DNA of 64,000 nucleotides from Azolla caroliniana (GCA_043228905.1 JBHGNT010000010.1:14694001-14758000), one strand, 5' to 3'; numbered from the stretch's first letter, positions 27,572-41,060 are shown. The notes: generated by a model not told the origin, from the letters alone. A program made the numbers and translations.

Positions 27572-27994
27572 TGTAAAGAATCGATGGTGATTCTTGTGTA
27601 GCGAAAGAGATGTGTGTTATATGTATGTGTGAGAGAAATTAGAGGAGAGATGAGAGAACACAAGATAGATAGAAAAAGGAATACTCAAGAAGAATGTGTA
27701 TATTTCACAAGTCGAATAAGAATTACAAAATGTAGCATAATAAGGAGTCACAACCGACTTAGTATGAAGTACGAGGAGGGTGCTTTATATAGAGTCACCC
27801 TCTCTCTCTTGGGGAATGTGAAGACTCATAGTCATGGGGAATATATAACTCATTAGTTATGTGTCATAGAATATGATTCTATGACACATAGTTAATGTCT
27901 AGAGAGTAGTGGTGTGACTCTTGACCTTTGAGTAATCATGGATTCTCAAAAGCTGTGTTCACACGTTGCACTATGTTGAGCTTGATTCTCAACA
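27572..27994 (-). mobile_element. Solo LTR (423 bp)
   Basis: TG...CA termini (TGTAAAG...CTCAACA) with exact 5-bp TSD GTGAT at 27567-27571 and 27995-27999. Minus-strand TATA-like motif (CTATATAAAG) at about 27784-27793. Confidence 0.7.
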
Positions 27995-28582
27995 GTGATT
28001 AAAAGATTTTGGTGGAAATGATACATTTGGTTGGGTAACCTGCAACGGTCAGAGTTGGGCGACCTCTAATAACTCTTTTTTCGCGCGTATTTTTTATCTA
28101 AATCAGACAGTGTATATCACACACACCCTCAACTGAGTGACATGTACCGTTTGTGGTTGCGATTCCCTTGCCAACCCTATTTATGATTTGGTTGCGGATA
28201 GACATGCGCCACACACACACGCCCACACATTCTATTATCTTCTTCGAAGATCAAATATGACCTATGAGACCAAAAATATTACATTTCATGCGATATGTGT
28301 GAAAGTGAGTAGCGACTCTCGATGTTCAAGAACTTTACCAATGAATCTTGCAATCAAGAGTGCATATATGTGATTAGTGTGAGAAATTCGTGCAAAGATT
28401 GGGCTTGATCGAAGATATGTGGAAAGCATGGTTGAATATGATCGAAGGGCAGAGCATTGTGAGAGAGTGTTCATGGAGTGAGTGATTTGTATATAATGGA
28501 CACATTGATTACATAGAGTGACTGATTGAGTGTACCACACGAGAAATCACTTCCATAGCTAATATTATTGCACACGCATACC

Positions 28583-31500
28583 ATGGAAGAAGATCCTCTT
28601 GCAATCCTATCCAAGTCATGGTTCAATCTAAGGCTATCTGTAAGATGTTCTGCTAGGGTTTCTACATGGGATGCTATTCTTCTCACGGCCTCAAGCCCTG
28701 AACAAGCTCTGCTTTACCAATGGAACTTAGACTATGCGAAGGAAAGAGGAACCATTGCATCTTCCACTGTTGCTCTTGCGATTCCAGACCCCCTCGGCTG
28801 TCGGATCGGATCGGGAGGCGCCACCCTTCATGCCATTAGGTCCCTCTTTCTTTGGCTTCGCAATTCCTCCCCGTCTTCAGCCGAGGTAGGTCGATCAATC
28901 AATAAAACGAAAAGGTCTTATCTATTGTTTCTATTTATTTCACCAAATGTCCCTGAGTTTTTATTATTTCCCTAAATGCCATAGTCAACTCTAGATAGAT
29001 CAACCCATTAATTTCTCAAGTTGCTCGAATATCTGAAATAAAGGAGATGTATTGATCAAGAATAGTACAAAGATAAGCGCTTTAGGCGTTTGGCATTTGG
29101 GAAATTACAAAAACATAGGGGTATTTGATGAAATGAAGAAGAATTCAGGGATATTTTGTATAAACCAATTAATTAAAATCTAGTTCTAATGCTTTATGAA
29201 ATGATCTATCTTGTTGTTCTGTCAAAGGAATGGCTTTTATGATGGAAAATGGAAAATGCGTAGCTATTGTTTTTCTCTTGAATAGGTCTCATAATGGGTG
29301 TGCAAATTTAGTGGTATTTTCTCATCAGTTCATATTAGTTGAGCTAGAAATTTAGTGGTGTTTTTTCTCATGATTCCCTCTTATTTCATGCATGAAGAAG
29401 AAACTCAGCTGATTGATAAAAGAAAAATCCCCCCCTTGGATGTCGAATTTTATTGGTATTTCCTCATGGCTTCTATTGCTTCATGCATGAAATTAGTGGT
29501 ATTTTCCCATGTGATGTGAAAAGGAGACTCGACTTTGACTGATTGATAAAGAAACAATTGCTCAACATTTGGACTCATATGCATCAGTGACAGCTAAGCC
29601 CTATCTAATTCTACGTATATCCTTCAAAGCCTTCAAAACATGTGCCAAGAAAGTAGTTGCAATCTGACAACAGAACCATTGCTCGGGTCTTCAACAGATA
29701 GCTATGACCTATCTGATCTTACGTATGACCTCCAAAGCCTTCAAAACATATACCAAAGAAAGTAATTGCAATCCGACAGCAGAACTATTGCTCGAGTCTT
29801 GAACCCATGACCTTGAATCTGCAAAGCACAATCTTTACTGCTGCACCATCATGTTTCTGTATTACAATCTAAGAATTGTAAAGAGGAAAGCTTGTGAATT
29901 TATGACCAACAACTTGTGAGTTGGAAGTGCTTGGAATCTCTAAAGTCTCGTATATGATGTATAAAGGCAATGCTCTCATTCGTGGGGATGTGTATGGTCT
30001 CTTATATATGGTATGCAATGGCAATGCTTTCATCGGTGGGGATGTCTAATGTCTCTTATATGATGTATGAAGGCAATTCTTCCATTTGTGGCGATGGCTA
30101 AAGTCTCTTATATGATGTATAAAAGCAGTGATTGAATGTTGTGCTTTAGCACGTAATGTCGCTGGAAATTCTTAACCATGATGAATGAGAGGAGCGTTCT
30201 CATTCATACTAGGGAGCAATCTCAAATATTATGCCTTAATGAAGATATCTGTCAAGTCCAAATTTAGTAAAGGTACTTACTTCTGATATTATTGGTATCT
30301 TTGGCTCAGGCTGAGGACAATTTATCTATGACTCCAGAAATAACAGACTCAAAACTGTTGCTAGCAGAATTATTTATGTGAAATTTGTTTTAAATCTTTA
30401 ATTCTTTCAGTTCTAGCACCAACTTTGTCATTGTGGTGAGCTATAGTCAAACAATGTTTTTCATCTCTTTTGTATTCCAATTCAATAGTTCTACATTTTC
30501 TCAATTTGTACATGTATATAATAAAGTGCATATGTAGAAATTTTTCTCAATGGAGGTTTCACTCCACAGGGAAGTGCTAAACAAGATCATGAAAGTGAAA
30601 TCAAGTTGATCTCAGACATGAAGATCTTGCTTGTTCATGCTGGTGGAGACTCAAAACGTGTTCCTTGGGCCAATCCTATTGGAAAGGCATTCTTACCTTT
30701 ACCATTTCTAGCTGAAAATGAACCAAATAGCCAGGTCCCATCATTATTTGATCATATTCTAGCAATATCATCCTACACAGTCCAACAGTTCAAAAACAAA
30801 GGTTCGGAATTAATGGTATAATTTTCTTACGAGATCTCCTATTACAATATGCAGTGATAATTGAACTGAAATAAATCTTTTTAAGGGTGGCAGGAGGTTT
30901 GTTTATCATGACAGGAGATGTGCTACCATGCTATGATTTTTCTGATTTCATGGTACCAGAAGATGGAGCGTGCATTGTGAGTGTACCTGCTGAACTAAGT
31001 ATAGCTTGTAATCATGGAGTTATTCTAACATTTGCAGAGGAAAAGGAAAGTGTTGTTAATGGTCAAGAAACCAAGTTGGAACAAGTGTCATCATTGCGAC
31101 AAAAACCAACCTATAATGAGCTCTTGGAGAGTGGTGCAATCCGTTCGGATGGAAGAGTGCTCCTCGATACTGGTATCTTTGCAGTTCGAGGAAAAGCCTG
31201 GAGAAACTTGATAGGTCTTTCCATTGAAGAACCAGACCCTATTTCAGCCCTTTTGGAGAATCAAGAAGAAGTAAGCTATATCTATTACATGTGCTTCATA
31301 CATGAGTCATTGCTAAATAGAAACTTTTGGATGTAATTTGGAGGTTTTATTTCTATCCCAACAACTAAAATTTAGACATAAAGTTTTTGTTGTATACATG
31401 CTCTTTTGGTCCATCAATCTAGGACACAATTTTCACACATTTGTTTTGTAGAAGGTATTTTTTTACATTGTTATTCATTTTGATTCATGTTTCCTTGTGT

Positions 31501-34500
31501 TTGTATGCATAAGGATACCACCAAAATTCCAATCAGATATATCCTTTTAGGAACAAAGAGTTATCCAGTATGTATCTTGAACATTGTTTTACACCAATAC
31601 AAGCATGTATTTTATGAAGTTTGAACCAAGTTTTAAAAATGTGTTTCAGAAACAACTATAAAACATTGTAATAGTTTGTATGGATTGAAATGGCAAAAAA
31701 CAATGGGGAACAAAAATACATATTTTACATTTTGAACAATATTGAATTAATAGATTTGTGAACAATAGTGTATACCTAAGTCATGTTAATACATGCTATT
31801 TGATGATATGAAAGTGGTTTGTGCATATGAAAAACGTAGAACATGGTCACTATGGAACTGGCTTGGTGATGCTTTTTTGTGGGTTTTTCATTGCAGATCA
31901 GTTTATATGAGGAAATTGCTGGAGCTTGGGTCCCTGCTTGTCATGAGTGGATTAAAACTCGTCCGTTGGGTGTCAAACTTCTTGAAGCTCTTTCTTCAGA
32001 ATTCCTCTTCAGTTTTTGTGCTCGTAGGTGAATTACGGGATGCGGTTTTTGTTAGGCTGAAGATACAATGTGGATAGGTGTTATGAATATTGGAGGTTAT
32101 TCTTGTTTGAATAAAGGGACAAATTGCATTAATTTATACTAATCCTTAAATTATCATTGTTCAGAGGATTTGTCATTTCTTCATTTCGGAACTAGCTTGG
32201 AAGTGTTAGCTCATCTTTCCAAGGATCATGGAGGACGAGTTGGACGTAGGCATATGATACTTGCATTTGAAAGTACCTTTACTCAACTAGCATCTTCTGC
32301 CATCATACTTTCGAGTGAAATTAAGGGCGATGCTTCAGTGGGCGAGAAAAGTCTTGTATACAAGTGCACATTCACAGATAGTGTAGATATTGGAAATAAT
32401 TGTATTGTTATGGGAATTCATTCAAACAATTTGCGAGGAAACCAATCTTCATTTTCCCTTGTTGTACCTGATCATCATTGTCTTTGGGGTGTACCTGTGT
32501 TTGGTAATGGGCCCAGAGTGACCTTATGTTGCAGTGTCCATGATAATCCAAAGCTTGCACTAACAATGGGGGGAACTTTCTGTGGAAAATCATGGAAGGA
32601 AAAATTTGAGGAGCTTAGAATCAGTGAAAATGATGTTTGGCCTAATCATGTTTTGAACGATGAGAGAACCCTTTGGAATGCAAAACTATTTCCAGTGGTA
32701 GCACCAGAGAAAGGGATTGTTTTTGCCATGTGGTTGATGGGGGTCTATCAAAGCTGCAGCGGTCTTTTACACGAATGGAAGATGTGTGATCGTGTCAGTC
32801 TTTCCAGAGTTCATAGGCAAATTGATTTCCATACGTTTTGTAATGAACTGGATGCACATCAATCAAGAATTGCTTTAGGACTAGCCAAAGGTAGTTTACA
32901 ATCGGGCCTACTCGATAGGGACTTGTCAAAATTGTGTAAACAAATAGTCAAGGGCTGCGACAGAGGTACAGAGATATGCAAAGATTTGCTTACATTTTTC
33001 TCCGATCCGAGAGTGGATACATGGAAGGTGCCATTGAGTAGAGTCTATCAGGCTCAACTAGACATCAGTAAAGCATGTAATGATGATGTGGATTCCATTG
33101 CTACCTATGAAAAACATGTATGGGATGCTGTGGCTGAAGAAACTATGATGGCTATTCACCAAAACCAAGGTAAATATCACACATTTTTGTTGGAGTCTTA
33201 CTTATTTTAGAAGAGGGAAAATATAACATACAAAAGAAGGCTCCATTACTTTTTGCTGCAAGGGAGGGATTTTTATTAGTAATATCTCTACTTCTTTAAA
33301 AGCTGCAAGTTCAAAGGTTTTTGTAAAGGCTGATTATGAGGATAAAAGAGCAGAGTTTTAGTCGTCCTTGGAAGCAAATAATTATTTTTCAAAACTTACT
33401 ACTATCTAGGAATAGGTGAATGGAATGTGGACATTTAGCATCTTTTAACTTTTTCTAAAAGTAAGAGAATTGTTCATCTAAACTCCTAAACAATGATTTA
33501 CTACTAAGTTCCTCTCCTCCAATCTCTATCTTATTTTCACTTGGTATAAGCCATCAATACATATGCAAATAAGAGACAGTGTATCGCTTGTGCCATGTGC
33601 ATAATGTCAATAAGAAGCAGTCATCACATTGTACTTTGTATTTAATGCCTTGTTTTGTGTTGTTGGTATCTCTTTCATTTGAGAACAGGAAAACAATTAC
33701 ACAATAATCTCATTTCTTTTTTCAGAGAGGGATGTAATATACAAGCAACCATGCTATATTTTTCCGGTTATTAGAGCGAAGGTGGAACTACCTGTGCGTA
33801 TCGATTTCGCGGGTGGGTGGAGTGATACACCACCATGGAGCTTAGAAAGGGTAGGAAAAGTATTCAACATGGCTATATGTATTGATGGATTGGTGCCCAT
33901 TGGTTCCGAGATAATAGTCACTTCAAACATAGGGATTTCACTTATTGACGATGCGAATCACCATCTAATTATCGAAGATCAATCCACTCTTAGTGCTCCT
34001 TTCGAAGTAGATGATCCATTTCGGCTTGTTAAATCAGCTCTCGTTGTCACTGAAGTTGCATATTCATCAGCTTTGAAGAATAATGGTCTTTCAATCAGGA
34101 CATGGGCTAATGTTCCCCGAGGGAGTGGTCTTGGAACATCAAGCATTTTGGCTGCCGCTGTTGTGAAATGTATTTTATGTGTAATGGGTCGGGATGGGAC
34201 CAATGCAGAGGTAACTAATCTCGTTCTACTCGTAGAGCAACTAATGGGAACTGGTGGAGGTTGGCAAGATCAAATAGGAGGTTTATACCCGAGTTTAAAA
34301 TGCACAACTAGTTTTCCTCGACGCCCTTTAGTGTTGGTGGTTGAACATATTCCTATTGCCCCCTCTCTTCAGAAAGAGCTTGAAGACCGTCTCGTGATTT
34401 TTTTCACTGGACAGGTGTGTTTTTAAGGCATTGATGATTTTCACAACTCACATTAAATTCATTCATCGTGTATGCATCTACTATGTGAATTAATTACAAT

Positions 34501-35479
34501 TACAGTTGTGCATATAGACTGGCTGCAGTGTCTGACGTAACGTGAAAGGCTCCTAATAAGAGACTGGATTTCCAATGTTAGGACTCACCACACCGTTAAT
34601 TGGAGGGAGGTTGGGGTCCTATATATACATAGGAACCTGGAGCCCTCATATTTGTCATTGAGTGGTCCCATTCTTTTAGATGCTCATAGAGAATAGAATG
34701 AACGAAATGTCATGTACATGATACCCTGAGCGTTTTTTTCATGTTTACAAGGATACACCTAAGCTTTGGGTGCATTCAGCATTGGAGGTTCAATGTCAAG
34801 AGTAGCAGGAATATTGCATGCACCCATCCGGTTGTCTATTTGTAAGGCTGGCTTAACCTCCCTTCAACTAAGCATGCATTCATATTGAGGAGGTTTAATC
34901 TCTTAATATGGGCCTTTCATACTATGCTGAACATTATGGGAACCCGTTTGGATGTTTGTTTATAGAATAACTCAACCTGCTTCCATGTTCAATCGAACAT
35001 TCACACTCAAATGCAATCTCTTAATATGGGCCTTTCAAACGCAAGGCACCCATCTAAATTGAGCATGGCTTACGCTGGACATGTATTCATTTTGACAGGT
35101 GAGATTGGCTCATAATGTGCTCCAAAATGTGGTTCGCCGCTATCTCCAACGGGACACAACACTCATTTCCACAATCGAACAACTTGTTTCTCTTGCTGAA
35201 AAGTGTGAGGAGGCAATAAAGCTCAGCAACCTTGACATATTGGGCAAAATTATGTTGGATGTTTGGCTGTTACACCAAGAGTTGGACCCGTTTTGTAGCA
35301 ATGATTTTATTGATCTGATCTTCAAACAAGTACATAAATATACATGTGGTTACAAACTTGTTGGTGCAGGTGGGGGGGGATTCGCTATGTTGATAGCGAA
35401 GGACAAACATGCTGCCAAGTGTGTAAAGGAGATTCTTCAAGGTTTTTCTGTGAAAGTCTATAACTGGAGTCTTTTTTAA
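28583..35479 (+). CDS. FKGP: Bifunctional L-fucokinase / GDP-L-fucose pyrophosphorylase, 7 exons, about 1037 aa
   Basis: Exons 28583-28885, 30570-30801, 30894-31270, 31897-32023, 32165-33169, 33726-34414 and 35099-35479, GT-AG and phase-consistent (3114 nt). Motifs: KSWFNLRLSVR..TWDAILLTASSPEQA, RIGSGGATL, LLVHAGGDSKRVPWANPIGK, FLHFGTS, and GHMP kinase ELPVRIDFAGGWSDTPPW, PRGSGLGTSSILA, MGTGGGWQDQ, KLVGAGGGGF. Confidence 0.96.
29938..30123. repeat. About 55-bp tandem repeat (about 3 copies) in FKGP intron 1
   Basis: GTCTCTTATATGATGTAT.AAGGCAATGCT...CAT..GTGGGGATGT recurs. Confidence 0.7.
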
Positions 35480-37018
35480 TCATAGTATGAGAACACTTAG
35501 TAATTGATTTCATCTGGAGTACTTGGGATGTATTTATCCAATATATTATATTTTAAAAGATCCCAGTCACATCAGATGGAGCAAAATAATGCAACATATA
35601 GCATGCAGGCTTATTTTCTTGTTACTATCCTTGATTGTAACTTGTAAGTAACATCAAAAACTCATTTGGCAATATCAAGTGTAGTTTTAAATTTATAAGT
35701 AGAGTTGCAATAATATTATCAGCTCGTATTTTTCCAATTATAAATTTGTTGGAACATTTTACAAATTGTTATTCAGAATCTTGTCTTTACAGAATAACGT
35801 AATTCTCTCCTCTTTTAACATTTTTTAATTACATAATGGACATGCCTTGGATAAAGTAAAGGTGACAAGGTGGAATTATGTACGTAATCTCTTTTGAACA
35901 ACCGAGAAATGGGATATACATCCAAAGAGCATGCATGATCCCTCTTTGATATGTGGATGGATGGCTAAAGATCACGATCTTCCACTGTAGAGCCTAGTTT
36001 ATTTTTCATATAACTCCTCCTGAAGTCCCTCTAGTTGTATGTATGTAAATGCATATGTAATTAATAATTGCAATTTAAAAAATATATGTTATTGAGCATG
36101 TGGATATAGCACAGATACAAGGTGGGTGATAAAGGAGGTGGATTTGTGCATATTTATAGAAATCTCAATGTCAATGATTGGATGGTTTATGTTTTTGTCA
36201 CATTGAGTTTTCTTCATGATCTCAATTGTTATTTCAGAAGTTATCACTTCAGACTATAGGTGCGCAGAAAAGAGAACAAGTAATTTAGGCATTTGTAGGC
36301 ATAGGCATTAGTGGTTTGTTTCCTTAGTTTATAACTGAGTCAAGGATATCCTGCCAAGTTTCCGCACTCATTGTTTGTTGTTCACTATAATGCGATGAAA
36401 AGAGTTCCTCACATGCTCAGGAGAAGGAGATGCTCTATGCAACAATTTGAGTGTATGGATGCTTCCCTATGGTATATTTGCACTCTTGTAAACAGGGATT
36501 AATTACCAAACAGTTCAAGAGCGCATAAACATGCATGCAACATCATTCGAATTTGTTTGTTTGTTTCATTATAAACGAGCAAATCTTGAAAGATTTGTCA
36601 CTGATAGGATGAGAGAGCAAAGGAGAGGTAAAAAACGAATTTGGTATGGAGGTGTTTGCGGCACTACAAGGGCCTACCTACGAGAGGTAAGACTGCGACA
36701 AGTACCTAGAATAAATAATTAACCACGCACCGAGAGATTTTATAACATGTCTTTAACATTTTCCTTTTTGAAGTGGAGAGAACAAACGAACGAAACAAAC
36801 GAAGTCAAGAGAATCGAAAAGAGAAAGCGAACGTAACAACAAGATTGTGTTGGGCGAAAATGGATCCATAGGATAGAGAGTATTAAAAAATGCTGTATAT
36901 TTGTAAGTGCTTATGTATGTATCTATGTATGCACGCATGCATGAGGTTTAAAAATGCTCTATATTTGTATGTGTATGTATGTGGTATAGCATCATCATCA
37001 TCATCACCGTCATCATCA

Positions 37019-37717
37019 TCATAGCTTGAGGCGTTTGAAGACATGGAAGATATGGCTTCTTGCTCTTTTCCTCGTCTGAACATTAGGGTTATTTGAAACA
37101 GAGGAAGAACACGAGGACGTAGACGACGAAAGACAGGAAGGAGAAGAAAAAGGAGGAGAATCCATGTCTAGATCTTCACGAGTCTGAAGCTGGAGGCACG
37201 AGCAAAGATGGAGGCTCGAGAAGAAAGCTGAAGAAACTCCAGAGAGCATCCATTGAGCTGCCTTTGAAACCTTGTTTTTCTTTTCTCCTTCTCCTTCTCC
37301 TTCTCCTTCTTCTTTCTTTGAGTCTGATGATATCAGGAATTCATCTGGCCTTTCATAACGACGACCGCCACCACTTCTACTCCTTCTCAAGCTTCCATGG
37401 CGTTCTTCATCTGAAGAAGAACAACTACTTCTGTTGCTTTTGCTGATCAGATCCGAGAAATCTGAACCTCCACAAATTCCGCCTCGCCATTCAAGACCTG
37501 AGAAATCCGAGCTTCCATGGCTTGCTTCAATATGTGAGGGAGCCGAGCTGTTTCCATGAATCTCTCTTCCTTCTTTTCCCGATGTTAATCTTAGTCTAGC
37601 AAAGTCTTCTTCTTCTGACACAGAGGAGCTTCCATAGCTAGCTCTTCGTCGTGATCTTCCTTCTGCTGGTCTTTCGCATGAAAGCAATCTCATCGCCATC
37701 GCCAAGATGAACTCCAT
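37019..37717 (-). CDS. Ser-rich uncharacterised plant protein, single exon, 232 aa
   Basis: ATG-initiated ORF. It contains VSSAFFSSLHLCSCLQLQTREDLD, which from memory resembles an AFF.SL..CSC..L.T..D motif of small uncharacterised plant proteins (not verified by search). The rest is low-complexity. Confidence 0.55.
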   Translation of the reverse strand: MEFILAMAMRLLSCERPAEGRSRRRASYGSSSVSEEEDFARLRLTSGKEGREIHGNSSAPSHIEASHGSSDFSGLEWRGGICGGSDFSDLISKSNRSSCSSSDEERHGSLRRSRSGGGRRYERPDEFLISSDSKKEEGEGEGEGEKKNKVSKAAQWMLSGVSSAFFSSLHLCSCLQLQTREDLDMDSPPFSSPSCLSSSTSSCSSSVSNNPNVQTRKRARSHIFHVFKRLKL

Positions 37718-38199
37718 GGTTTCTGTTTCAATTTATTATGGGAGGAACTACTGCATAAATATTCTGACATGTTAAAGGAAATTACAAAAATAGCTCTGCC
37801 TGTTTTTACAAACCTATGTCTATACATACATACATACATACATACATACATACATACATACATACTGTACATACATTACATAATGTATGTATGACACACA
37901 AATATACATATATGTATGTATGATACATACAGACATACCTATATGTATATTTGCATGTGTGTAGAAATTACAAAAGCAACCCCCCACTCGTAATCCTATT
38001 ATGAAGTTCTTCGCATTCATACATATATTCGATCCTCGAAAACCCACGGACCAACCAGAATGGTCACCTAGGTCCGAAACAAAATGAAATGGGTTAATCT
38101 AAATGTAGGATGAGATGAAGGTTGAAAACTCTTTTCCAACATTGGCTCCTTGCTTGCTTATAATTGTTAGAATTCTTTTCTCGAAAGTTGTTGATATCC

Positions 38200-39436
38200 C
38201 CCTCCATGTACTTTGTACATACTCAGAAGACTACTAACACGTGGTGTATTAGAAGCACTTGAATATTTGAGGCTTCGTGATTCCTTAGTAATGAGATCGA
38301 TCTTGATGAATTTGCCCAAGATATCTTGAATCATATTGCTCTAGATCATGCTTCTTGTTTGCGGTTTAAGAGTCCTTGTAATTACTTTAATTGACATGAT
38401 GAATAGGTTTTCCGAAACAAACTTATGGTATGTTCCTAAGAGCCCTTTTCAATTCAGAGCCTTACAACATTCCCATGAAACACTAACATTTTGGTGCCTA
38501 CAAGACTTTAGAGTTAATTCCTTTGAGATATTGGTGACCTCAAGGTTGTAACTTTGTTGAGAACTATGTTTGTAATTCAAATGCATGTTGTTGGTCAAAG
38601 AGTCATTGACATCGACCAAATGGACCGCTACATTCATTTACAATTCTTGACAATTCATGGTAATCTACCTTGCTAGATTTCATTGTTGATCTCTCAACCT
38701 CGAAGGGTTTTGGTGTTGCACTCATTGTGGTAGATTAACTCATTAAGGTGGCACTTGTTATTGCATGCATGAAGAACATTAATGGTCAAACTCATTGTGG
38801 TAGATTAACTCATTAAGGTGGCACTTGTTATTGCATGCATGAAGAACATTAATGGTCAAGATACACCAAATATAACTATGGGATAGGTATTTCAGCGTTA
38901 TGGCATTCCAATTGACATCATTAGTGAGCTTGCACCCTTTTACACCATTTTTGAGATGCTCAAACCACATATAAGAAGTTGTAGAATATGATTGTCTCAA
39001 CTCTTCATCAAAAGAAGCTAAGTTTCAACTTTTTGGATTATATGGTCTGGGTTCAAATGTACCTTTAGATATATGATATATCAATGAAATCACATTTAGT
39101 CATGTGCTTCTTCACCAAGTGTCTCATGTTTCGCTTCTTAAACCTTATGCTTTGAGCTCCATTCCCAAATCACATTATTCCTCCCTCACTCTCTATTGAG
39201 TTGTTGATGGACCAAAGTATGAGGTTGATGCCATTTTGAACTCCATGGTTGTGCAGAATAGCTTGTATTAATTGGTTAGGTTATATGCACAATGACAAAA
39301 CTTGGGATCTTCGTGAAAATTTCTCCAATGCCACAAACCTTGTAGGCTTGTAGCTAAGTTTCATCACTGATATTCTAATAAAGTAAGTTCCAATTCATGT
39401 ATTATAATTCATCGAACTAATCATCGAGGGGGATGG
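38200..39436 (+). pseudogene. Old degenerate chromovirus (Gypsy) integrase-chromodomain remnant with PPT
   Basis: DFIVDLSTSKGF...IVVD* at about 38675-38740. Chromodomain-like DGPKYEVDAILNS...WLGY...TW at about 39205-39310. PPT-like GAGGGGGGATG at about 39426. Contains a 70-bp tandem duplication at 38720-38859. Left limit approximate. Confidence 0.7.
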
Positions 39437-39466
39437 CATCTTGACAATACAATATGTCATAAGTTT

Positions 39467-39573
39467 TGTAAATGTGAACGTGCGGAAGCATATTACAAAC
39501 CGGCTCTACCGGATAGCAACGGTAGAGAGGAAGGTTCAATGGAAGCTTAACATAGAGAATATGCACGGGAGAG

Positions 39574-39620
<47 letters not shown>

Positions 39621-40149
39621 GAGAGAGAGAGAGAGCCCATGGATGTAGCTCAGTTGGAGAGAGAGAGAGATGGAGACCAGGTGGTCATGGGTTCAACCCC
39701 TACATTCCACAGTGGCATCTAGTGAAATAGAGATATATATGAAGTATATAATAGAGAGGTGAGGAAATTGGGTTTCGAACCTAAGACACAATGCGTGTAG
39801 TGTTATCGACTTACCACTAGGGTAAGTTAATTACGATACAATAAATAACACTCTGTAACTCTATACATACAATATGCTTGACAACACTATTTATACAAGT
39901 CCTTGGAGGATTGACAGAAGTACCATGTACTTCAATGCTCATACGAGCGACTGACACTAACTACAAGGACTCTGACTACCTAGTAGTCTAGACGCGTATA
40001 GGCTACTACTAGCCTTCCGGTTCACATTTGAATCCGGTTCCCCGATCCGGCTCCTGGTTCTGGATATCATCCAATTCTTTGTCCCGAATACTGATCCGGC
40101 TCAGGCTTACCCAGCCGATCCGGATCCGCTTGAGCTTGCGCGCTCAACA
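39467..40149 (-). repeat. 3' LTR of Copia A (carries an extra segment of about 200 bp with tRNA-like boxes)
   Basis: Aligns with 56207-56653 except for 39636-39838 and a longer GA tract; adjacent to the PPT. Confidence 0.9.
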
Positions 40150-41060
40150 CTCCCCCTCAAGCTCAACTTGAGGTCGGATCGTAGTGTTTGTTAGGAAACA
40201 GGTCCCTCCGGATGGGAAGTGAGAAGAACAGTGTTGATGAGCAACTCAGCCGAGGCCGATAGGCCGAGACCGAATCCGGATGTGGAGTACCCGACAACGG
40301 AAGATCCGGTGAGAACCGGATGACGAGTACCCGGCAACGAAAGACCCAGTGAGAATCGGATGACGAGTGCCCGACAAGAGCCGGATGATGCAGGCCCGGT
40401 GAGGAGTGCTCACCGGATGAAGGGACATATTCGTAAATATGTTTCTGAGAGTCCATTGGGGCTATATTTGTAAATAGCCGAAAAGTCATATTAGTATAAA
40501 TATGACTTAGGGCAAACTTAGTGTAGAGTAGTTGTCATTCTTGTTGGTGCAAGATTTGAGTGCAACCGTGTAAAGAGAGAGAGTGAGAGATGAAGAGGAC
40601 GTTGTCTCTGTTGTAACCGCCGCCTGTCAGGAACAATACTGAGACAGAGAAGGAATTAGTACTAAACGAAGGATTAGTACTATGAGAGGTGTAGAACTTC
40701 TTCGAGAGAAGGAAGGAGTGAGCGAGACGGAGAGAAAGAGAGAGATCGAGAGAGAGAGAGAGTGATGATAAGAAAGATATGTATTATATGAAGAGAATAT
40801 ACAATGGTGGCTAAAAGGCTTAAGACTAGCGTTGAACCAATTTGGTTCAACATAATGCCTAGTGCCCTCTTTTATAGTGTTTTCAGGAGTAATCCTGAAG
40901 CTTCTAGAATGTTCCAGAGAAATATGGAATATACACTAATTTCCTATAATAAAATGTAAATGAAAATAATATCCTACGTATTACAATAGATGGTCTAATG
41001 GTCAAGAGCTCGACCCATATAACCTAAGGTCATGGGTTCGAGTCTTGCCATATCATGACA

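Noticed and set aside
30310-30381. Extra FKGP exon in intron 1
   Set aside because: Has an AG and a short open frame but no convincing donor before the TGA; the 7-exon model is already in phase.
33689-33725. Alternative acceptor for FKGP exon 6
   Set aside because: Gives a frameshift and stop; the acceptor at 33725 keeps the frame.
39641-39709. Functional tRNA gene
   Set aside because: The D and anticodon arms are replaced by a GA microsatellite and the T-stem is imperfect; treated as tRNA-derived. The units in the Gypsy D LTRs likewise lack a full cloverleaf.
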